Source of the DNA: an uncultured Anaerolinea sp.
Lineage (GTDB): Bacteria > Chloroflexota > Anaerolineae > Anaerolineales > UBA4823
Assembly: GCA_964503625.1 (NCBI GenBank)
Contig: CAZDAU010000004.1
Span: 39,964 to 103,963 of the forward strand
DNA: 64,000 nt
Direction: 5' to 3'
Shown: positions 38,451 to 46,833 of the stretch, in pieces
How the letters are laid out: each line of letters opens with the position of its first letter
Numbering within the stretch: position 1 is the first letter of the stretch
Notes under the pieces: model-generated
Told to the model about the DNA's origin: nothing
The model's database searches: none
Seen by the model: only the letters and a program-made list of their open reading frames with translations
Translations under genes and position numbers: made by a program

Positions 38451-38463
38451 CTGAAAACCAGGC

Positions 38464-39483
38464 ATGCCCTTTAGAAGGCTGATTTTCCTTATCTTTGTGG
38501 TTGCCCTGCTGGCCGGGTGTCAGTCTGGGTCGCAACGCAATTGCCCGGATCAGTGTATCAGTGTCAATCTGAATAGCGCCAATTTGCGCGACCAGGATTT
38601 CAGCAACGCCCAGATGATGAATGCAAATTTGACCAAGGCCAACCTGGTTGAAGCCGACCTGAGCAACGCCAACCTGACTGGCGCCACACTCTCGCAAGCA
38701 GACATGGAAAGCGCAAACCTGACCGGGGCGCGCCTGGTTGGGAGCGACCTTTCGCTGGCTAACCTGCGCAATGCCTACCTGGACCAGGCTGATCTGAGCG
38801 GCGCTGATTTGAGCGGGGTCTCGATGATCCGCGTTGACCTGACCAGGACCTTGATGAACGGCGTCCGGCTGGGCGGCGCAGAAATGATTGGCTGCAACCT
38901 GGGCGGTGTGAACCTGAACGGCGTCGAGATGTATGAAGCCAACCTGAGCGGCGCCCTGCTGAATGACAGCAGTCTGAACGGGAGTGTGCTCAGCCTGTCC
39001 AATTTTAACGGCGCCGACCTGCGCCGGGCGCGACTCTCTGGCTCGTGGATAAACCTCGGCCAACTGGTGGGCGCAAACCTGCAAAGCGCCGACCTCACCG
39101 GCAGTACCTTCTTTGGCACCAATCTGACTGGCGCTGATCTTTCCAACGCCAAACTCAACGGCGCTTTTCTGGCCGGGACAGACCTGAGTGGTGCAGACCT
39201 GCGCGGAGCGGACCTGACCGGAGCAATCCTGGAACTGCCGTATCCCCCAAATGCTCCGGCAGGCTTCTCTTATGAAAACCTGACCGGCAGCGAATTTTTA
39301 CAGGCGCTTAACCAGACCGAAATGAGCCGCATCCTGGCCGACCGACGAGTGGCTGCCCTGACCGAGGTGCGCCTGAAGCCATACCTGCATAACGCTATCC
39401 TGCAAGGCGTAATCTACGATGAGAACACGGCCTGGCCCCTGGGCTTTGATATCCCCTCTTCGGCTATCTACCAGGGAAAGTGA
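38464..39483 (+). CDS. Pentapeptide-repeat lipoprotein
   Basis: LLAGC lipobox; many A(D/N)LXX repeats; CPDQC N-cap; YDENTAWPLGF C-cap. Confidence 0.9.
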   Translation: MPFRRLIFLIFVVALLAGCQSGSQRNCPDQCISVNLNSANLRDQDFSNAQMMNANLTKANLVEADLSNANLTGATLSQADMESANLTGARLVGSDLSLANLRNAYLDQADLSGADLSGVSMIRVDLTRTLMNGVRLGGAEMIGCNLGGVNLNGVEMYEANLSGALLNDSSLNGSVLSLSNFNGADLRRARLSGSWINLGQLVGANLQSADLTGSTFFGTNLTGADLSNAKLNGAFLAGTDLSGADLRGADLTGAILELPYPPNAPAGFSYENLTGSEFLQALNQTEMSRILADRRVAALTEVRLKPYLHNAILQGVIYDENTAWPLGFDIPSSAIYQGK

Positions 39484-41315
39484 CTTTGGACATGGTTGAT
39501 AAATCACCTGCTCAGAAAAAGAAATTTGTCTGGCGTGAATGGCTTGATGAAGCCGCGGTGCTGCTGGTGGTCCTGGCAGTCATTGGCAGCATTTATCTGT
39601 TTCGCAACCTGAGCTGCCCGCCGCGCTGCACCAATGCCAACCTGACTGGCAGGGATTTCCGTGACAAACCGCTGGACGGCGCTGACTTCACCAATGCCAT
39701 CCTGAATGGCGCGGATTTCACCGGCGCATCCCTGCGCGGTGCCAAACTTAACGGGGCCGACCTGAGCGGCTCGGTCCTGGTCTCCTCAAACCTGGCTGAG
39801 GCCGATTTTACCGACGCCATCCTGTTGGGCGCTCAACTGAACGGCGCCAACCTGACCGGGGCAACCCTGCAGAACACCAACCTGAGCAGCGCCGACCTCT
39901 CCAGCGCCATTCTCAAAGATGTCGACCTGACCCAAGATGTTCAGCTCACCGCCATCCGGTTGAACAAGGCCAACCTGATCGGGGCTAAGCTGAATGGGGC
40001 CAGGCTGAGCGGGGCGCTGATCACGGATGCCAATTTAAACGGGGCCGATCTTTCCGGCGCTGAACTGAGCGGGGTGAACCTGGAAGGTTCCGAAATGTAC
40101 GGCGCCAACCTGACCAAAGCAAACTTGCTCGGTGCCACCCTGGACCGAGCAAACCTGGTGGGGGCATCCTTGCCTGGAGCCAACCTGGCCGGCGCCAGCT
40201 TTTTCAACGCTGACCTCTCCGGATCTGATCTGACCAATGCTGACCTGACCGGGATTGTAAGCACCTCCGGGTATTTCGATGGCTCGATCATGACCGGCGC
40301 AAAGCTCAACCGGGCCCGGTTTTATGGCTCCGGGTTGGCCGGGGTGGTGCTGGAAAACGCCGACCTGACGGACGCCCGCTTTGATATTTACGAGCAAAAC
40401 GGCCAAATCACGCGCACTAATCTGGATGGTTCCCTGTTAAACCGGTCCGATCTCTCCGGCAGTTACCTGGCCGGCGCAACCCTTGCCGGGGCAGATTTGA
40501 CCCAGGCAGACCTGAGCCGCAGCGACTCGGCACCGGTCACGATTGTCGACAACCGCCAGATCGGTGGGATTACCCAAACCCTGAAAGCCGTGCTCTACGG
40601 CGCTAACCTTTCTGGAGCCGATTTCCAGGCTGCCAAGCTGGCAAACGCTGATTTGCGTGGCCTGAACCTTTCCAGGGCTAACTTCCGCCATGCTGATTTA
40701 CGCGGCGCTGACCTGAGCGCCGTGAACATGTCTGGAGCCGACCTGCGAGGCGCAAACATGGCAGGCGCTGACCTGGCTAACACCGACATGCTTGGCGCCA
40801 GGCTTGCCGGGGCCAACCTTTCTGGCACCGACCTCTCGGAAGTCAACCTGGATGGCGCTGCCCTGTGGAGCAGCACGCCGGTGACATTCACCGCCGACCT
40901 GACCTACGCAGAGCTGTTTCGTTTCCTGGCGCAAAGCGATTGCTTTAATGGGGATTTTCTGGTGGCGAATAACGGCACAGTAGCCAACGTGCCGGTGCGC
41001 TTTGATGAAGATGCAGGCAGCAACTTTTACTACAGCGAGATCTGGCGCAACGCCCGCGCCTATGTCTGCGCGGCCGACCTGAGCGATACCCGAATGTGGG
41101 GAAAACGTCTCTTGCCAACCTCGCTGGCTGGCGTGAACCTCACTGGCGCCGATCTGCGCTTCACCAATCTTCAGAATGTAAAATTTCAGGAAGAAATCAA
41201 GCTGGAAGACAACCTGAGCTATCTTTTAAAGGCGAACCTGGGCAAAATCGTTTACAACAGCTTCACGTCCTGGCCGAGCGATTTCATCCCCCCAGCCTCG
41301 GCCTCTACAGAGTAG
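39480..41315 (+). CDS. TM-anchored pentapeptide-repeat protein
   Basis: N-terminal TM; CPPRC; long A(D/N)LXX tracts; YNSFTSWPSDF C-cap. Confidence 0.9.
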   Translation: MTLDMVDKSPAQKKKFVWREWLDEAAVLLVVLAVIGSIYLFRNLSCPPRCTNANLTGRDFRDKPLDGADFTNAILNGADFTGASLRGAKLNGADLSGSVLVSSNLAEADFTDAILLGAQLNGANLTGATLQNTNLSSADLSSAILKDVDLTQDVQLTAIRLNKANLIGAKLNGARLSGALITDANLNGADLSGAELSGVNLEGSEMYGANLTKANLLGATLDRANLVGASLPGANLAGASFFNADLSGSDLTNADLTGIVSTSGYFDGSIMTGAKLNRARFYGSGLAGVVLENADLTDARFDIYEQNGQITRTNLDGSLLNRSDLSGSYLAGATLAGADLTQADLSRSDSAPVTIVDNRQIGGITQTLKAVLYGANLSGADFQAAKLANADLRGLNLSRANFRHADLRGADLSAVNMSGADLRGANMAGADLANTDMLGARLAGANLSGTDLSEVNLDGAALWSSTPVTFTADLTYAELFRFLAQSDCFNGDFLVANNGTVANVPVRFDEDAGSNFYYSEIWRNARAYVCAADLSDTRMWGKRLLPTSLAGVNLTGADLRFTNLQNVKFQEEIKLEDNLSYLLKANLGKIVYNSFTSWPSDFIPPASASTE

Positions 41316-41342
41316 GCTCCCGGCCGGTCAACGGGAGGTATC

Positions 41343-42101
41343 ATGACTCAAACGATCACTGTGGCAAATCAGAAGGGCGGGGTGGGTAAGACCACAACCG
41401 CGGTCAACCTGGCGCATGGCCTGGTCTTGCAGGGTAAACGCGTCTTGCTCGTCGATCTGGACCCGCAGGGCCAGTGCGCCACGATCCTGGGATTAAAGCC
41501 CGAGCCGGGCACATTCAACCTGTTAGTGGCTGAATCCCCGTTCAAGCAAGTGACGCGCCTGACCGATCGGAAAGGTCTGCTGGTCATATTGGGAGACCGG
41601 AAGACCTCAACTGCGCAGACCGTGCTCAACGTCCAGCGCACGCCCATTTCGTTCATCCACAGCAAGCTGGTCGTCCCGGCCCAAAAGGATGGACTGGATT
41701 ACATTGTCATCGATACTTCTCCCAGTGTGGGGGAATTGCAAGAACAGGCGCTGTGGGCTGCGGATGGCGTACTGATCCCTTGCGCCGTCGATTACCTGGC
41801 GACCGATGGGGTGTACAACATTGCCCAAACCCTCAAGCGCATCCAGGAGGAGTACAAATGGCAGGGCCGTGTTCTGGGCATCTTGCCCACATTCTATGAT
41901 ACGGTTACCCGAGAGAGTAAAGCCACGTTACAGGACCTGCAAAAGCGCTTTTCCGGCGCCATGCTCAGCCCCATTCACCGTGCCACGATCCTGCGCGAAT
42001 GCGCCGTAGAGGGCAAAACAATTTTCGAGATGGCCCCCGAAAGCCGAGCTGCAAAACAATACCTGGGGCTGGTGGAACATGTCTTGAATTGGGGAGGTTA
42101 G
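41343..42101 (+). CDS. ParA/Soj-family ATPase (no parB nearby)
   Basis: NQKGGVGKTTT, VDLDPQG, IDTSP; GGGAGGT RBS. Confidence 0.9.
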   Translation: MTQTITVANQKGGVGKTTTAVNLAHGLVLQGKRVLLVDLDPQGQCATILGLKPEPGTFNLLVAESPFKQVTRLTDRKGLLVILGDRKTSTAQTVLNVQRTPISFIHSKLVVPAQKDGLDYIVIDTSPSVGELQEQALWAADGVLIPCAVDYLATDGVYNIAQTLKRIQEEYKWQGRVLGILPTFYDTVTRESKATLQDLQKRFSGAMLSPIHRATILRECAVEGKTIFEMAPESRAAKQYLGLVEHVLNWGG

Positions 42102-42130
42102 AAAGCTGATGCTATGAATATTAATGCAAT

Positions 42131-42170
42131 AAGACCAGACTATCTTAACCCAGACAGCCTGGTCTTTTAA
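42131..42170. terminator. Hairpin between convergent genes
   Basis: AAGACCAG (42131-42138) / CTGGTCTT (42159-42166) followed by TTAATTT. Confidence 0.45.
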
Positions 42171-42190
42171 TTTACCTGGTTGAGCAAAAC

Positions 42191-42475
42191 TTATTCGCTG
42201 GTTTCGGACTCTGCCTCTGAACTCTTGCGGCGGCTGGGCTGCTTCTCGGCGGGTTGCGGGCTTGCATCCACCGCTGAGCCTTCGATCACCTCGCTGGCTG
42301 GTTGCTCTTTCTTCTGACGAAAAGTCCTGCGCCACCATCCCTCGGCCTTGTCCGCCGCACCGCGGGATACATCAGCCACCTTCTCTGTTGCGCTGTCGAT
42401 CGGCTTGCTGAATCTGCTGCGCGCAACAAAATAACCAATCACCCCCGCAATTAGCAGAAGAACAAGTAATTGCAT
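42191..42475 (-). CDS. 94-aa protein with N-terminal TM helix
   Basis: AAGGAG RBS; TM ending GYFVARSRF; TGTTATAAT at 42538-42530. Confidence 0.75.
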   Translation of the reverse strand: MQLLVLLLIAGVIGYFVARSRFSKPIDSATEKVADVSRGAADKAEGWWRRTFRQKKEQPASEVIEGSAVDASPQPAEKQPSRRKSSEAESETSE

Positions 42476-42560
42476 GTTTCTCTCCTTCCAAAGCTAAACT
42501 TTGATATATTCAGGATGCTAGACGGCAGAATTATAACATACTCCTCTTTGCCAGCGCCGC

Positions 42561-43721
42561 TCAAGGGGTTGGCGAGGGGGCTATGGTGGGCGTGGGGGTG
42601 GGTGTACTGATCACAGGAGGAATGGTCAATGTGTTGGTGATAGTGCCTGTTATGGCCGTCGAGGGCGCACCCACTGTCCCCAGATCGCCGGTCAGGTCGG
42701 GCACCGACAGAATGAAGGGCGCATCGTTGGGCAGCAGCATCACCCGCAGGTTGGGCGAGAGCTTCTCAATATAGCGATACAGCAACAGCGATGGGTCACG
42801 TTGCAATGCCTGGTTGATCAACCGCAAGGCGTCGGAGTCTGCTTTGGCCTGCAGCACCGTCGCCGTAGCTTTGGCCTGGGCTTCGCGCTCGATTGCAGCT
42901 GCCCGGCCTTCAGCCTCAATCTTTTGCCGGTCGCGCTCACCCTCAGCCAGCTTGCGTATTTGCTCAGCCTGGTATTCGCGCTGGATGCGTTCTTGCTCAG
43001 CGACCTGTTTCTGCTCGATGGCAGACGAGAACGCCTGCGAGAAGGCAATATTGCGCAGCAAAAAGCGGTCTAGGATGAAGCCCTTATCCCCAAGAGCGCC
43101 TCGCAGCAGATCTTCCAGGTTAGCCTCCAGGTTCTTGCGTCGGGAGCTGTTAATCTCCTCGGCGGTGAACTGAGAGACCTCCGTGCGGATCACCCCGCGC
43201 ATCACTGGGCGGATGAAGTCTTCCACGTATCGGTTCTGCAAGTCCGTGTGCACCCGGATGACCTCGTTGGGGTCAATCCGGTAGATGATTGAGCTGTCCA
43301 GATAAACCACCTGGCCATCCGAGGTTCGGGCAGCAATCGCGTCATTCCCCGATTTCGCCCCTTCCTGGGCATCGGAGGACATGGTATAGGTCTGCCAGTA
43401 GATCGGATAGCGCACCACCCGCTCCGCCAGCGGCACAATGGCCCGCAAACCCGAGCGCAGTGGCTGTTCGCGATAACCACTGGGACTGGTGATCGAGATC
43501 ACCACCCCGGCTTCTTGCGGCTCAATGAACACCAGGCTGGCGCTGAGCATTGACAGGCCGACAGCCACCAACAGACCTACCAAAACTCGGAAGGAGAGAA
43601 AAGACCGCAAGGCCTGGCGCATCCCACCTGCCCGGTACGCATGGAGCAACACCGAAAACAGGAAGACCACAAACCAGACCCAGGCTAAGACAGCAATGAC
43701 AGCGAGCAGTTGATCCAACAT
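42561..43721 (-). CDS. SPFH/prohibitin-family membrane protein with Pro/Thr-rich tail
   Basis: Two N-terminal TMs; ARTSDGQVVYLD, LLRNIAF, AIEQKQVAEQ, coiled AE repeats. Confidence 0.88.
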   Translation of the reverse strand: MLDQLLAVIAVLAWVWFVVFLFSVLLHAYRAGGMRQALRSFLSFRVLVGLLVAVGLSMLSASLVFIEPQEAGVVISITSPSGYREQPLRSGLRAIVPLAERVVRYPIYWQTYTMSSDAQEGAKSGNDAIAARTSDGQVVYLDSSIIYRIDPNEVIRVHTDLQNRYVEDFIRPVMRGVIRTEVSQFTAEEINSSRRKNLEANLEDLLRGALGDKGFILDRFLLRNIAFSQAFSSAIEQKQVAEQERIQREYQAEQIRKLAEGERDRQKIEAEGRAAAIEREAQAKATATVLQAKADSDALRLINQALQRDPSLLLYRYIEKLSPNLRVMLLPNDAPFILSVPDLTGDLGTVGAPSTAITGTITNTLTIPPVISTPTPTPTIAPSPTP

Positions 43722-43804
43722 AGATCAATTTCCAATTCTTTTGAACGATTCGTCCGTATTTTTCCACATCAACTAGTGTTCAGTCAATGAGAAAATGATG
43801 GATT

Positions 43805-43860
43805 TGTAGTGACGGCTTTAGCCGTTACAGGCGCAAAAAACGACGAAAGTCGTCACTACA
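43805..43860 (-). promoter_or_regulatory. Structured 5' leader candidate (branched hairpin)
   Basis: 10-bp outer IR TGTAGTGACG/CGTCACTACA enclosing two 5-bp tetraloop hairpins. Confidence 0.45.
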
Positions 43861-43872
43861 GCCCATCGAAAT

Positions 43873-43959
43873 CAATTTGACTGACTACCAGTTATGTTGG
43901 TCTATTATAAATGAGTAAAACCGATTTCAACGCTGGATCGAATGAATTTGCGACAAATG
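43873..43959 (-). promoter_or_regulatory. Promoter sharing motifs with 35767-35828
   Basis: TATAAT (43909-43904), TTGAAA, ATTTG-cga-CAAAT palindrome. Confidence 0.6.
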
Positions 43960-44022
43960 TATTAAGCCGGAATGACCCGAACAGCCCTTTCTCACCCGGC
44001 CATCCCAGCCAATGCCAGGCTC

Positions 44023-45546
44023 TCAGCGTGAAAGTGGGATGCTGACCTCGCAGACTTGCTCATTAAACTCGCTGCCAGGACGCAAGACAAATGTCCATCC
44101 CTGGCCTGCCGGCGCCACATCGAAGGCCAACGCTGTACGCCATGTCTCCCCCGGCTGGATCAGATCCTGGTAGAGGTTCGAAGGCTGCTCAATGTAAAGG
44201 TAGCCGGTTGCGGCCGCATGCGGGGAATAGGTTACGATCTCACCATCCACCTCACCCTGCACAAAATAATCCTGATCCCAAATCTGGATCGGGAAGTTGC
44301 TCTGGTTTGCCAGCTCCAGGCGCAGGGTCAAAAAAGTGCCCGACGCATGGTGCTCAAACAGGTCTTTTTGGAACCGGGGCGAGTCAATCAAACGAGCGGT
44401 GAGGGCCTGGCCACAGGCGTGCGGAAAGGTGTATCCAGGACCAGGCGTTGGGCCAGCCTGGGTTGGCTCGGGGAGCGGCGTGACGGGGATGTAGGTGGCG
44501 GCTGGCGTTGGCAGGCTGGCCTGCGTAAACGCAAATTGACTGATCAGCGCATTGTAGATGTAATTTTGCCACAGGGCTACCATGTCATTGTGATGATATT
44601 CATGCGAGCGAAAAGTCTGCAAGATCATTCGCCCACCCAGACACGAAACCAGCAAACCACGATCCTGAGTCCAGGAGCGGTTGACATCGGCTAAAATGAG
44701 CGGATCCCCAGAGGGCGCACCGATGACCGGTTCAATTTGGAGCAGGTCGCCCACGTCCCCGCGCCAGAGCGGGGCAGCGTTGCGCAAGCCGGAGGCCAGA
44801 TCATTGGGCTGATTGAAAATCGGGTGGGCCGGGTCGGTCCAATAGAAGACCCTCATCTCCGGCTCATACCAGTCACTCTGCACAGCCACACCGCAGCGAG
44901 CCAGCAAGGGCCTCACCCGGCCATCTGGGGCGCTATCCAGGTCCCAGCTTTCGAGGATCACGGCTGCCCCGCGCCCCAGGTGATCATCGAGATATTCATA
45001 AAGCTCCCCGCCAAACTCGCGCTCTGCCTCCGCCGAAGCGATGATCAGATCCCACTTTTCCCCCGAAAGCAGTTGCGACTTGAACCAACCCTTGGCGCTA
45101 CCCACATCCAGGTAAAAATAACCAGCCTCATCCAGAGCCTCCTTGACCAGCCTTATCTGTCGTGAGGCCGACATGTCTTCAAAAAGCAAGATCCGGGCCG
45201 AATTCAGCAGGCGCTCTTCGGCCAGATTTGGCTCTGTCATGGTATGGGTAACGATGATCAGTGGAGTGGGGCTGGCCGCTTCAAGAGTGCCTGTCGCGTC
45301 TGGGGTGACCAACAGTTGTGCCTGAGGCGGCAATGTCTGTGAGCCAACTCCCAGGGCAATGGCAGAAACCGTCTGGGCAAGGCTGGTCTGTTGGGCATTG
45401 ACGGCTGAAGCAGTGGCCTGCAACCCATCCTGTGCAGCAAACAAGTTGCACGAGATCAGGAGCAGGACCAAACTGATAAGCCAGATAAGAAAAGCGGCGC
45501 GGTGCAATGAATAGCGATTCACGGCGAACCTGGGGCGATGTCCCAA
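44023..45546 (-). CDS. Lipoprotein of unknown function, C-terminal DUF4352-like Ig-fold segment
   Basis: LLLISCNLF lipobox; Thr/Pro-rich linkers; FLTLRLELAN...TALAFDV. Confidence 0.6.
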   Translation of the reverse strand: MGHRPRFAVNRYSLHRAAFLIWLISLVLLLISCNLFAAQDGLQATASAVNAQQTSLAQTVSAIALGVGSQTLPPQAQLLVTPDATGTLEAASPTPLIIVTHTMTEPNLAEERLLNSARILLFEDMSASRQIRLVKEALDEAGYFYLDVGSAKGWFKSQLLSGEKWDLIIASAEAEREFGGELYEYLDDHLGRGAAVILESWDLDSAPDGRVRPLLARCGVAVQSDWYEPEMRVFYWTDPAHPIFNQPNDLASGLRNAAPLWRGDVGDLLQIEPVIGAPSGDPLILADVNRSWTQDRGLLVSCLGGRMILQTFRSHEYHHNDMVALWQNYIYNALISQFAFTQASLPTPAATYIPVTPLPEPTQAGPTPGPGYTFPHACGQALTARLIDSPRFQKDLFEHHASGTFLTLRLELANQSNFPIQIWDQDYFVQGEVDGEIVTYSPHAAATGYLYIEQPSNLYQDLIQPGETWRTALAFDVAPAGQGWTFVLRPGSEFNEQVCEVSIPLSR

Positions 45547-45587
45547 CGCTTTCGATTGTAACAGATTTTATGTTATGATCAAAATCT

Positions 45588-46364
45588 ATGAATTCAAATG
45601 TGCTATCCAATTATCTGAAGTTTGCCACAGAGACTGCCTATCTGGCAGGCCGGCTGACCCTGGGATACTACCAATCCAGCCTATCCGTGGATTACAAAGC
45701 CGACGATTCACCGGTCACCATCGCTGACCGCAAGGCCGAAGAGCTGATCCGCAGCCGGATTGAAGATGCCTATCCTGGTCACGCCATTATCGGCGAAGAG
45801 TTTGGCCTGAAAGAAAGCCAGGGCGCCACGCATCGCTGGATCATTGACCCCATCGACGGCACCAAATCATTCATTCGCGGCGTCCCGTTGTATGGTGTGC
45901 TTTTGGGGCTTGAAATTGAAGGCCGGGTTGAAGTCGGCGCAGCCTATTTCCCAGCGTTGGATGAGATGATCGCCGCTGCCACCGGCGCAGGCTGCTGGTG
46001 GAATGGACGGCCAGCGCAGGTCTCTCCCATCACCGACCTGAAAAGAGCTTACTTCTCCACCACCAGCGCGCAAGCCTTTGAGAAGCATGGCCGCATCCAG
46101 ACCTTCAACCGACTGATCAGAAACTGTTACTACCAGGTTGGCTGGAGCGACGCTTACGGCTACTTGCTCGTAGCTACCGGCCGGGTGGACATTATGCTCG
46201 ATCCGGTTATGAACATATGGGACTGCGGCCCCTTCCCGCCAATCCTGAGCGAGGCAGGTGGTTATTTTGGGGATTGGAAAGGCAATCCCACCATTTATGC
46301 CCATGAGTCTCTGGCGACCACCCAGGCCTTGCTTCCTAACGTGCTCGAACTGATCAACTCGTAG
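45588..46364 (+). CDS. hisN: Inositol-monophosphatase family, histidinol-phosphatase-like
   Basis: PVTIADRKAE, IIGEE, WIIDPIDGTKSF, WDCG...EAGG. Confidence 0.75.
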   Translation: MNSNVLSNYLKFATETAYLAGRLTLGYYQSSLSVDYKADDSPVTIADRKAEELIRSRIEDAYPGHAIIGEEFGLKESQGATHRWIIDPIDGTKSFIRGVPLYGVLLGLEIEGRVEVGAAYFPALDEMIAAATGAGCWWNGRPAQVSPITDLKRAYFSTTSAQAFEKHGRIQTFNRLIRNCYYQVGWSDAYGYLLVATGRVDIMLDPVMNIWDCGPFPPILSEAGGYFGDWKGNPTIYAHESLATTQALLPNVLELINS

Positions 46365-46378
46365 AAAGTGGTAAGCCC

Positions 46379-46822
46379 ATGCCATCAAACCTGAAAGTCG
46401 CTCAAAAACCGCTGGTGCGCGCTTTTTTGGACGGCGCTCACCTGGCCCGCCTGGCCACCTGCAACCCTGCCACCCTGCAGCCGCATGTCGTGCCGGTTTG
46501 GTACGAATGGGATGGCGAGTTCATTTGGATCAGCTCGTTCGGCTCGACCCGCAAAGTGCGCGAAATCCGGAAAAACCCACGCGTTTCTTTGGTGATTGAC
46601 ACGCCTGGCGGGAGTGGCCCAGCGCCTGGCGTGGTTTTTGAAGGCCAGGCGGAGCTGATCGCCGATCCGGTCATGGGCATTGAACGCGGCGCCCGCATTT
46701 ATACTCGCTACCTGGGCCCGCAGGGTGTATTGGAAGCCGAACCGCAATCCTGGCTGCATGATCCCGAACATTTATTGATCCGGATCAATCCACAACATGT
46801 ATATGCCTGGGGCCTGGACTGA
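46379..46822 (+). CDS. Pyridoxamine 5'-phosphate oxidase-like split-barrel protein
   Basis: ARLAT...PHVVPVWY, RKVREIRKNPRVSL. Confidence 0.8.
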   Translation: MPSNLKVAQKPLVRAFLDGAHLARLATCNPATLQPHVVPVWYEWDGEFIWISSFGSTRKVREIRKNPRVSLVIDTPGGSGPAPGVVFEGQAELIADPVMGIERGARIYTRYLGPQGVLEAEPQSWLHDPEHLLIRINPQHVYAWGLD

Positions 46823-46833
46823 ACCCCCGCCCT

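Noticed and set aside
38464-41315. Repeated DNA (gccgacctgagc, gccaacctg) as CRISPR or mobile repeats; Qnr-type gyrase-protection role
   Set aside because: The repeats simply encode in-frame pentapeptide units with no spacers; lipobox and TM anchor argue against a cytoplasmic DNA mimic
43828-43870. GCAAA followed by a GAAA-tetraloop hairpin on the plus strand, resembling a c-di-GMP-I riboswitch
   Set aside because: The downstream GACGCAAAGC/P3 elements are missing and no plus-strand gene follows
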